Position numbers and translations under genes: made by a program
NCBI GenBank assembly: GCA_965644315.1
Contig: CBFFRQ010000085.1
Location: 1 to 56,464 of the forward strand
Source: Caecitellus pseudoparvulus
Taxonomy: Eukaryota > Protista > Bigyra: Bicosoecida
DNA length: 56,464 nucleotides
Direction: 5' to 3'
Notes under the pieces: model-generated
Told to the model about the DNA's origin: nothing
Databases searched by the model: none
Seen by the model: the letters and a program-made list of their open reading frames with translations, nothing else
Shown: piece after piece, positions 46,387-54,807 of the stretch
Numbering within the stretch: position 1 is the stretch's first letter
Layout of the letters: each line of letters starts with the position of its first letter

Positions 46387-49300
46387 ATGGACACACCTTG
46401 TTCTCACAGCCAGCCGTCCGGGCGGCGCCCTGCCGCCCACACCATTAGCTTTTGCCGCGCAGCGCTGCTGCTGACAAGAATGCCTCGCAGCCTCCGAGGC
46501 ACGGCGGGCTCCTCGCTGGGGCAGCTGGCACCCCGCACGATGGTAGCCATCATAGGCTTGGTATCTATGTGTATTTTTGCTTCTGCCCGTGTGACTGGCC
46601 TGGAGGGTGTCTCGTACTTGAGCTACGAGCCAGTGCCTGCTGCTGCACTGCACCAGCCTGCCCCGGCACACTTCCACTTGCCGCTTCGTCACACGTCCCC
46701 AGGCGTGGGTGTGCAGCTTGTGCACACGGACCTGTCCACCCAACGTGGTTTCCACCGCTTTGACTTCAACCTGTCCTTGTCTGGGCCGGGAATCCTGCCT
46801 GGCTCGCCCCTGGATGCATCTCTTGCATATGAAACCAGCTGGCTGGTCGCCGCCGACTGGGAGGTGCCCGGGCTGAATTCGACTGTCCTCAGCAAGCCTT
46901 GGGCCACAGAGGTGCACGGTTCAGCCCCAATGGATCGCAGTATACACGGGCTGCAGAATGAGACGTGCGGGGCGCTTCCTGGGGGGTGCAAGTCAGCGAA
47001 CAGTTGGCTGGCAGTGCGCCTGGCGTTTCGCCCTGCTGCCGCCGAGCCCGTTGTGTCCTTTCCAGGCGTGTGGGGCTGGAACGGACTCCGGTGGGTACGC
47101 AACGATGCAGGGGCAAGCTGTGCGGGCGTGGTCGTCGGGCACCCTGTCCGCATGGCCACCGGGGTGTTCAACCACTCCACGGTGGCGCCGCTTGGGGTGT
47201 GGCCGGCCGCCCCTGGTCCAGCGTCTGCAGTGTCCGTGCTTGTGACCGTGCACTGTGTGAGCGAGGGCTACGTGGCACCCAGAGGTGCAAATCACCTGCT
47301 GCATAGAGAGCTGGGCGCCGTCCCGGTCAGGCTCCGGGGAGGGGGAGTGCTGGCCCCGTCCCTCAACGGCTCCACGCCGGCTTGGTATGCTTTCACCTCT
47401 CCTGGCACCCTGGAGGCTCGGGGCGTCACTCTGCTGCACCCCTCGAACGTGCAGCAGTATTCTGTTAGTGATTATTTCGCGTGTGCTCTCTTTGGTTCCA
47501 ATTCCAGTCTGCTGTGCTGGGGTGCCAACTGGAATGGTCAGCTCGGGTACGGGCACGATGATGCTGTGAGTGACACACAGCCCCCATTCAAAGCTGGCCT
47601 CCCGCGCCTTCCTGCAGGGGAGGTTCCAGTGCAGGTGTCGGCGGGGTCCTCTGATACTTGCGTCGTGTACGCCTCCGGGCGAGCGCAGTGCTGGGGGTGG
47701 GATTCCTCCGACGGCATCCTTGGCCATGGTCTGGGGAACGGCTGGGATGAGACTTGGCAACCCTACCAAATGCCATTCTTGCAACTGATGGGGAATGGCA
47801 CGTCGACAGTCCAGATTGAAGTGTCGTCAAACCACGCATGCGCGCTGCTTGTCAGCGGGCAAGTGCAGTGCTGGGGAGCTGGCAGCAACGGCAGGCTTGG
47901 GTATGGGACGACCTTCAGCACCGGGAGGAGTCAAGTGCTGTGGAAGCTGGGGCCTGTGTCGCTGAACGGATCAGAAACTGCAGTCAGCATTGCGGTCATG
48001 AGTGCTGGAAGCTGTGTGCTGATGTTGGAGGGCAAGGTGAGGTGTTGGGGCAGCAACTATGCGGGGGAGCTGGGACTCGGCCACACACGCCTTATCGGCG
48101 ACGACGAGCCTGCTGGCCAGGAGGACTTTGTCTCCTTGTCTGGGGTGCCTGTGGATCTGAAGTGTGGACAGGCGCACTGCTGCGTTCTCCTTGCAGATGC
48201 CACGATGCAATGCTGGGGCAGAGGCTCCTCGGAGCAGCTGGGGCACGGCATTTACATTTCCAGTAGTACCTCCCAGAATGTGGGGGATAACGAGCTGCCA
48301 TCTGATGTCGGCCCCATTCGGGGCATGACCGGCATCGCTCAGATTTCCACAGCAGCTTACGGAACGTGCGCAGTCTTTGCAGATGGCCGCTATTCTTGCT
48401 GGGGCAGCCGCAACTACAACTCCATGGGGCCGACTCCGTATGGCATGTCTACTACGGTCGCTGTTGGTGCGTACCCGTCTGCTGAGGCGCCAGCACCCAT
48501 CGTGACGCTGCAGGCGACAGGGTCGGTGACCTGTTTCACTACAGCGAGCCAGCCCCTGCTCTGCATGGGTCGGAACTTTGAGGGCAACCTCGGGCAAGGA
48601 GACACGGCGTCCAACGTTGCAGCTCCCTCAGCTACTCAGCCAGTGCAGTTGGTTGAGGGGCCAGAGGTGGAGGTTGTGCCTTTGGGGTACCTGCCGCTGC
48701 TGGCGTCTCCGTCGACACCGCACATTCGCAGGTTAGTGCTGGGCGGAAACTTCCTGTGCTTTGAGGACTTTTCCGCAGACCTTCGTTGCCGTGGTAGCCT
48801 CTATGGCGGCGTAGCCGGGCTGGGGGGCAGCGTATCACCTGCTTGGAGTGAGCCGCTCGAAGCCATTCACGCACTTCGCCTCCCCGACGCTGCCACGGCA
48901 TTCGCCACCGGGTACCAGCACATCTGCATGCTGTTCGAATCAGCGTCCAAGCTGCGATGCTGGGGGCAGAACTCTCGTGGCATCTTCGGAGTCGGTCCAG
49001 ACGTGCCGGTGTGGTCTTATTTGGGGAACTCGGGGAGGGATCCGTGGGACGCCCTGCGCCCGCTGGACTTCGGTGAGCCCATTGCTCAGTTGGCGAGCGG
49101 AAACAACCACATGTGTATCATCCTCGCTCACACACGACAGCTGCGGTGTTGGGGCGGCAATTGGGACGGCCAGCTTGGGTTCGGGCATGATGATGACATC
49201 GGCACAGACGCTCGAGTGGACAATGCGAGTCTTGTGCAGGCAGTCCCCATTCCCTGGAACGCCACTCATGTTCAAGCAGGGGATGTGCATACGTGCATCA

Positions 49301-52300
49301 TCAGCACGAATGGGACTATCCATTGCTGGGGGGACGGGCGGGATGGAAAGCTCGGGACGCCACATCGATCGTGGGATATTGGGGACACGGAGGCAGTAAA
49401 TGCCTTGTCTGCACCGGCTTTGAACATGTCAGGGAGCCCCGTTGCATTGAGTCTTAGTAATAGCCATTCTTGTGCGCTGCTGGCGGAAGGAAGTGTGCAG
49501 TGCTGGGGGGCGGGGGATAATGGCCGGCTTGGATACGGCGACACGTCTGACATTGGGCGGTATGACACGCCTGGGTTTCGAGGCCCCGTTCCTTTACCTG
49601 CAGGCGAGGTGGTGGCCAAGGTTTGCACGCTCAATAGCGCCACGTGCGTTCTGCTGACAGAAGGCAGCGTGCGTTGCTGGGGCGCAGCCTCAAATGGGCA
49701 GCTTGGCCTGGGCACGTCTGAGTCACTGGGGGACGACGAGCTGCCAGGTACCGCCCCCAAGCTCACCTTTGACCGGGCAGTTCTGGACTTGGCTTGTTCT
49801 CCCTCCTCAGTCTGTGTGCTGTTGGCTGGCGGCATGTCCAGCTGCTGGGGCTACAATCCCAACGACATGTTTGGGTACAACACCGACAACAACGTGGTTG
49901 GAGCCAGCTTAACGTATTCAGACTATGCACCCACAGGCCCAAGTTTCGTCTTGCGCACCTGGCTTGCGGACATCCGGGAAGATGACATGGCGACTGCCAT
50001 TTGGCTCGGCCCGGCTAATGCTGCGGCAACCGCTCCAGTGGCCCGCTTCGAGCTGCGGACTGAGGCTCGTGGCATGAGAACGACCAGCTCAGCAGCTTCC
50101 ATCCCGCCGTGGCTTTGGGACAGCATGACAGGGGCCCACCGGACCAACGTGGCTGGCATTGACGGTGATTTGTTCTCTGTTTGCGCGGTGTCAGGGCTGC
50201 CGACTGTGCAGGGAGCACCTCGCGAGGGAGCTTTTGCGTCAGTCCAGCGCACAGTCTGTTTGTGGCCCTCAGATTGGTACCTGCCCCCCATAGTCGCTGT
50301 TTCAGCTGTGAGTCCGATCGGCATCCCAAAGCTGCCAACGACAGGCGGGGCCAGTGTGGCGTTGACTGGTCGCTTCTGGGCCTTGCTCATGTTCAGCAGC
50401 TGGCATGTGTCCCACATTTCCATCGGGCAGGGCAACTGTTCTGAGCCAGTGGTGCAAGGCACCCGCATGTCTTGTGTCGCGCCAGCCTTGACTGAGGTTG
50501 CGAATGCCTCCAGCTTGACGGTCTCTTTGTCATACTTCAGCGACGGCACTCTCATTCAAGCCACTGCTGCTGAGTCCCTGGCTTACTCTGTGCCAAGTGT
50601 TGTGTCTGCAATGCCTGAGCGGGCCGCGACCACACTGGCATTGGGTGGGGGTGAGCTTCTACTCTCTGGGCAGAACCTTGGGCCAACGTTCCTGCGCGAG
50701 GACAGCCACAGCCTGCCGCTGAGCATGGTGAGTGTGTCTGTCTGGAACGCTACTGTTGGCGGCAGCTTAGTCGGGCACTGCGATGTTTCTGAGTTCTGGA
50801 GCACGGGGTTGGTGTGTCTGATGCCGCCGCGGGGGCACTTTACTCAAGTGTACTTTGAGGTGCACCTTGCCGGACAGGGGTCAGGGCAACCAAGGCTGGC
50901 CTCTGTCTCCTACGACAGTCCTGCGCTGACGACCGTGTCCCCTACACAGCTGCTTGCAAGGCCGCCGGGAGGGCCGCCGCCCCTGACGACCTTGAACTTC
51001 ACTGGCAGCGGGTTGTTTGTTGGGAGACCAGGGGCTCCTGCTGGCGGCCTCGGCCAGGTCTCGGTCCAGGTGGCTGGCTTGGAATGTGGCTCAGTGATTG
51101 TGCGGTCTCCCAGTGAGCTCACATGCGCTGACTTGCCCCTGCCCCTGTCCAGCCCGCTCCTCCTCGGGTCAGATGCGTTTGTCACAGTCCTTCACGGCGC
51201 GTTTGCCGTCACTTCGCGGGGCCTGCAGCTGGAAGTTCTCCCCCCCGCAACAGTGTCTGGCGTACAGCCGCCCATTGTTTCAGCGGCAGGGGGAGCTGAG
51301 ATTGCCATTCTTGGCTCCGCGCTGGAGACTGTGGAGGGGGGAAGCCCGCCCCAAGTCATGATTGGCGGCGCCGCTTGCCAGCTGCTTTCACACTCGGCAA
51401 CGCAAGTCAGGTGCCTCGTGCCATCGGCAGCTGCCAGTGGATTCTCAGGGCGCGCACCTCTAGCACTTGCCTTGCGTTCGGGCCTCATGGTGGAGTACCC
51501 GAACGGCATTCTCTTTTCCAGTCCAGAGCTACTGTCTGTGAGCAACGCGAGCATCGTGGCAGGGCAGCCGGGATTCCCCGCCCCACGTGCCAGCATGGGG
51601 TTCACGGGTTTGGACTTGATTGACGGGAACGGCTCCTCCACCTTCTTCATTGCAGGGCTCTCGTGCACTGCCTTGGGCGGACGCCTCAGCCTGGACCCCA
51701 GCGGGCGTCAGGGCAGGTGCAGCGACTTTGACACTGCGCTGTTGCCGTCTGCGACGCCAGGCGAGATCTTCCAGGCCAACGCATCACTTCTCACTGCTTC
51801 AGGCCTGGAGGCACAGCTGCCAGCGGGAGCGGTGCGTGTGCTTGGCCCGCCCACGCTCTCTCGAGCATCCCCTGCGACTGGCTACGAAGGGGACATTATC
51901 ACGCTTTCCGGGCAGAACCTTGGCGTGAGCTCTGCTGACATCTTGAATGTGTCTGTGGGCAGCGTGCTCGTGAACCGCTGGACCCGCCTCAGCTCCACGG
52001 CCCTGACCATCGAATTGCCAGCCCCCGCGAGCGAAACCCTGGCTGACTTGTTGAACTTGCCGCTGGCCGTGCAGTTGACGAGTGGGTGGGTTGCACAGGC
52101 GCCGGCAGAGCAAAGCTTGAACATGTTGCTTCCAGCAAGGCCTCCTCGCACGGCACCCACGCAAGTGTGCCCGTACCGCGAAGCAGATGGGGCGGCACGC
52201 GTTGTGTTTGTGTGGCGAGATGATGCTGTCACCTTGGTCAGCCCGGTTACATCGTGGCAGGTGCACTTTGGCAGCAAGGGCATTGGGAGCAGCTCGCACA

Positions 52301-54462
52301 ACTCCACCCTTCGAGTGGTGACCGTCGAGTCGTCCGCTCCAGGAGACATAATTGCCCCCGCCCTGACAACAGCCTGCCGCTACGCTGCCGAGGATGCCCT
52401 GTACACTGTTGACATCCGCTTGCTAGATGTGCCTGTGACGCCCTTGTGGGTGCAGGTGTCAGCAGGCGTAGCAGACGGCAACGGTGTGACGTTGGCAGGA
52501 CCCCGCAGCCCCCCTGCTGGGCCGCTATTTACGGTCTGCAGCAGAGAGCAGTACCTGGCAACACAATTTGCCTACGAAGGTGAGTGGGACAGAGCTGTGT
52601 GCGCACCTTGCCCCGAAGGAGCGGTGTGCAATGGCCTTGCCTGGGACCACATGACCAATGCGGAAGGGTACTTCAGGGTGCCATGGTCGACGCATGGCTT
52701 GCTGTTTGAGAAGTGCCCCTTGCCGAGCTCGTGCCCGTCAAAGCTCGTCACCGCCCCCTCGACACCCAGCAACTTCTCTGCCATGCCGAACGTCCCCCTG
52801 CACTGCAAGGAGGGCCATGCAGGACCCCTCTGTGTAAAGTGCGACATCGGCTATGGCTCTGTCGGCGCGGGGGATTGCGATGTGTGCGGCGAAACGGGCA
52901 GCGCAGCAGGGGTCATGATTGCCATGGTTTGCCTGCTGTCGGCGGCTGCGCTGTGGGTGGTGCGCGGGCAGCTGCGCACTCGGGGCTCCCAGAAGAAGGA
53001 CCACAGCGTAGTGAAGAAGGTGCTGCTGAACCACCTACAGCAGATTTCGCTCATGTTGGCCTTTAACCTGGACTGGCCGAACCCGCTCTCGGCCATCTTG
53101 GGGTTGACAGATGCAGTCACCAGTGGAGTGGGGCAGCTCGCCTCGCCTGACTGCCTGAGGGAACAAGAGACGGCCAATTCCGCGGGCTCCGCCTTTCGCC
53201 TCCGCGTCATTTCCTCCATCGCACTGCCTGCGATGCTGGTGTGCCTCTCTGCATGTGTGGCACTCATTCGCATGTGGGCTGGCAAGTCCTCGCCAACAGA
53301 TGTCCGGCGGCAGCTCATCGTCATGAGCCTTGTCCTGGGGTTCATATTCTACACCCCCCTGACGCGCACGACCATGCAGCTCTTCAGCTGCACTCGTGTT
53401 GGTGGCCAGCTACGGCTCGTGGAGGACACGGACGTGCTGTGCGACAGCCCAGGGAACCAAGCCTGGGCGTTGGGCGTGGGGCTGCCACTGTTGCTCCTGT
53501 ACGTCATCGGGCTCCCGGCGATCATCGGGGGGCTGCTGTGGCGCAACCGGCAGCGCCTGTCGGAGGTGAGCGTGCGGCGCACCTACGGCTTTTTCTTCCT
53601 TGGCTACAAGCCGGAGTTCTACTGGTATGAGCTGTGGATCATGGCAAGGAAGGCAATTTTCGCGCTGTTGCTTGTCGCCCTGAGCCCGGCAGGTTTGCTC
53701 TGGCAGCTCACAGCAGCCATTTCCATTGTCTTGGTTGCTCTCGTCGTTTCTGCATGGCTCCGGCCGTTCCGCCTGGAAGTGTTCAACGCCCTGGATGTTT
53801 GCAGCATGGTGCTCGCCCTGGCGACCCTGACTGGCGGGACAGCCCTCGTGCAGTTTGCCCCGCAGTTCGTCGAAGTCACGTCGCAGTACAATGGAGGCAA
53901 ACCCGCCCAGTATGCGGTGACTGTCGTGCTCACCATTCTGAACTCGGCTTTCCTCGTATATGTCGTTCTGTGGTGGGCCCGGGCGCTGTACGTGGGCGAG
54001 GTGAAGCCTGCCATGGCCCGCACGAGCGAGTCCAGGCAAAAACTGGCGGCAATGGGCAAGGCATCCATCATGCGCATCATCGGCACTAGCTCACGTGGTG
54101 GGGGTTTTGAGGGCGACTTGACCGACGTGAATGGCCGCCGAGTTTCCACAGTCACGCGCAGACAAACGAAGTGGAGCATAAACCCGCTCAAGTCCACCAA
54201 GTCACTGTCTCAGGGTGCCTCTGGCTCAGTGCTCCCCGCTTCATCTGTCCGCGCCAGTCTGACGCGCCAGTCTTCAGTCACATCGACTGGAAATAGGCGT
54301 GGGCTTGGCGCAACCATTGCCACCTTTGACGAAGACTTTGCGTCCGTGGCCCCCGGCACAAGGACCAGTGTGCGAAAGGGCGGTGTCTCGAGAGTCCGCC
54401 TAGGCAAGGCGCGCTCCACGGGTAGCCACTCCACAGACTCCAAGGCCACTCCTCGGGGATGA
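46387..54462 (+). CDS. Giant receptor-like membrane protein (2691 aa): RCC1/BLIP-II repeats, IPT/TIG domains, Cys-rich module and ~9-TM domain of the protist TRP-like/GPCR-related type
   Basis: Intronless ORF; hydrophobic signal-like stretch MVAIIGLVSMCIFASA (alternative start 46540). Roughly 14 CWGxNxxGxLG-type repeats; IPT-like PATVSGVQPPIVSAAGGAEIAILGS and PTLSRASPATGYEGDIITLSGQNLG; CAPCPEGAVC..CKEGHAGPLCVKCDIGY; TM domain with KVLLNHLQQ..LDWP, QLFSC, YGFFFLGYKPEFYWYELWIMARK, LRPF..FNALD. Confidence 0.85.
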   Translation: MDTPCSHSQPSGRRPAAHTISFCRAALLLTRMPRSLRGTAGSSLGQLAPRTMVAIIGLVSMCIFASARVTGLEGVSYLSYEPVPAAALHQPAPAHFHLPLRHTSPGVGVQLVHTDLSTQRGFHRFDFNLSLSGPGILPGSPLDASLAYETSWLVAADWEVPGLNSTVLSKPWATEVHGSAPMDRSIHGLQNETCGALPGGCKSANSWLAVRLAFRPAAAEPVVSFPGVWGWNGLRWVRNDAGASCAGVVVGHPVRMATGVFNHSTVAPLGVWPAAPGPASAVSVLVTVHCVSEGYVAPRGANHLLHRELGAVPVRLRGGGVLAPSLNGSTPAWYAFTSPGTLEARGVTLLHPSNVQQYSVSDYFACALFGSNSSLLCWGANWNGQLGYGHDDAVSDTQPPFKAGLPRLPAGEVPVQVSAGSSDTCVVYASGRAQCWGWDSSDGILGHGLGNGWDETWQPYQMPFLQLMGNGTSTVQIEVSSNHACALLVSGQVQCWGAGSNGRLGYGTTFSTGRSQVLWKLGPVSLNGSETAVSIAVMSAGSCVLMLEGKVRCWGSNYAGELGLGHTRLIGDDEPAGQEDFVSLSGVPVDLKCGQAHCCVLLADATMQCWGRGSSEQLGHGIYISSSTSQNVGDNELPSDVGPIRGMTGIAQISTAAYGTCAVFADGRYSCWGSRNYNSMGPTPYGMSTTVAVGAYPSAEAPAPIVTLQATGSVTCFTTASQPLLCMGRNFEGNLGQGDTASNVAAPSATQPVQLVEGPEVEVVPLGYLPLLASPSTPHIRRLVLGGNFLCFEDFSADLRCRGSLYGGVAGLGGSVSPAWSEPLEAIHALRLPDAATAFATGYQHICMLFESASKLRCWGQNSRGIFGVGPDVPVWSYLGNSGRDPWDALRPLDFGEPIAQLASGNNHMCIILAHTRQLRCWGGNWDGQLGFGHDDDIGTDARVDNASLVQAVPIPWNATHVQAGDVHTCIISTNGTIHCWGDGRDGKLGTPHRSWDIGDTEAVNALSAPALNMSGSPVALSLSNSHSCALLAEGSVQCWGAGDNGRLGYGDTSDIGRYDTPGFRGPVPLPAGEVVAKVCTLNSATCVLLTEGSVRCWGAASNGQLGLGTSESLGDDELPGTAPKLTFDRAVLDLACSPSSVCVLLAGGMSSCWGYNPNDMFGYNTDNNVVGASLTYSDYAPTGPSFVLRTWLADIREDDMATAIWLGPANAAATAPVARFELRTEARGMRTTSSAASIPPWLWDSMTGAHRTNVAGIDGDLFSVCAVSGLPTVQGAPREGAFASVQRTVCLWPSDWYLPPIVAVSAVSPIGIPKLPTTGGASVALTGRFWALLMFSSWHVSHISIGQGNCSEPVVQGTRMSCVAPALTEVANASSLTVSLSYFSDGTLIQATAAESLAYSVPSVVSAMPERAATTLALGGGELLLSGQNLGPTFLREDSHSLPLSMVSVSVWNATVGGSLVGHCDVSEFWSTGLVCLMPPRGHFTQVYFEVHLAGQGSGQPRLASVSYDSPALTTVSPTQLLARPPGGPPPLTTLNFTGSGLFVGRPGAPAGGLGQVSVQVAGLECGSVIVRSPSELTCADLPLPLSSPLLLGSDAFVTVLHGAFAVTSRGLQLEVLPPATVSGVQPPIVSAAGGAEIAILGSALETVEGGSPPQVMIGGAACQLLSHSATQVRCLVPSAAASGFSGRAPLALALRSGLMVEYPNGILFSSPELLSVSNASIVAGQPGFPAPRASMGFTGLDLIDGNGSSTFFIAGLSCTALGGRLSLDPSGRQGRCSDFDTALLPSATPGEIFQANASLLTASGLEAQLPAGAVRVLGPPTLSRASPATGYEGDIITLSGQNLGVSSADILNVSVGSVLVNRWTRLSSTALTIELPAPASETLADLLNLPLAVQLTSGWVAQAPAEQSLNMLLPARPPRTAPTQVCPYREADGAARVVFVWRDDAVTLVSPVTSWQVHFGSKGIGSSSHNSTLRVVTVESSAPGDIIAPALTTACRYAAEDALYTVDIRLLDVPVTPLWVQVSAGVADGNGVTLAGPRSPPAGPLFTVCSREQYLATQFAYEGEWDRAVCAPCPEGAVCNGLAWDHMTNAEGYFRVPWSTHGLLFEKCPLPSSCPSKLVTAPSTPSNFSAMPNVPLHCKEGHAGPLCVKCDIGYGSVGAGDCDVCGETGSAAGVMIAMVCLLSAAALWVVRGQLRTRGSQKKDHSVVKKVLLNHLQQISLMLAFNLDWPNPLSAILGLTDAVTSGVGQLASPDCLREQETANSAGSAFRLRVISSIALPAMLVCLSACVALIRMWAGKSSPTDVRRQLIVMSLVLGFIFYTPLTRTTMQLFSCTRVGGQLRLVEDTDVLCDSPGNQAWALGVGLPLLLLYVIGLPAIIGGLLWRNRQRLSEVSVRRTYGFFFLGYKPEFYWYELWIMARKAIFALLLVALSPAGLLWQLTAAISIVLVALVVSAWLRPFRLEVFNALDVCSMVLALATLTGGTALVQFAPQFVEVTSQYNGGKPAQYAVTVVLTILNSAFLVYVVLWWARALYVGEVKPAMARTSESRQKLAAMGKASIMRIIGTSSRGGGFEGDLTDVNGRRVSTVTRRQTKWSINPLKSTKSLSQGASGSVLPASSVRASLTRQSSVTSTGNRRGLGATIATFDEDFASVAPGTRTSVRKGGVSRVRLGKARSTGSHSTDSKATPRG

Positions 54463-54687
54463 TCGGGCATCAGCCGAAGGGTTGGCAGCGGGAGAAGGGT
54501 GGCGGCTGGCTGGAGTGTTGTGAGTTGCCCTGGTGTTTTTGCTGGAGGACATGGCATCAGTCTCCATGCAGCTTGGGAAAGTTGCGTAATTCAGATCGAC
54601 CACAGATTTAGACGTCCCTTTCTGAGAATGTGTATCTTGGCGCTGGTGTCTTCGACCGAGCTGCGTCGCAACGTTCAACGTGTCACG

Positions 54688-54698
54688 AGCGGAAATTG
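54688..54698 (+). promoter_or_regulatory. Recurrent motif WGCGGAAATTG, copy 6 (~110 nt upstream of the last gene's ATG)
   Basis: agcggaaattg seen directly. Confidence 0.55.
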
Positions 54699-54807
54699 CT
54701 ACTCCACCAAAACGCAGGCAAGCCAGCGGCCGCCGAACCGGAAAGTGTGCCGCAAGTGCTTGGCGCAACGCGCATAAAGGAGCATTTCAAACAAGAGAGG
54801 AGCAGCC

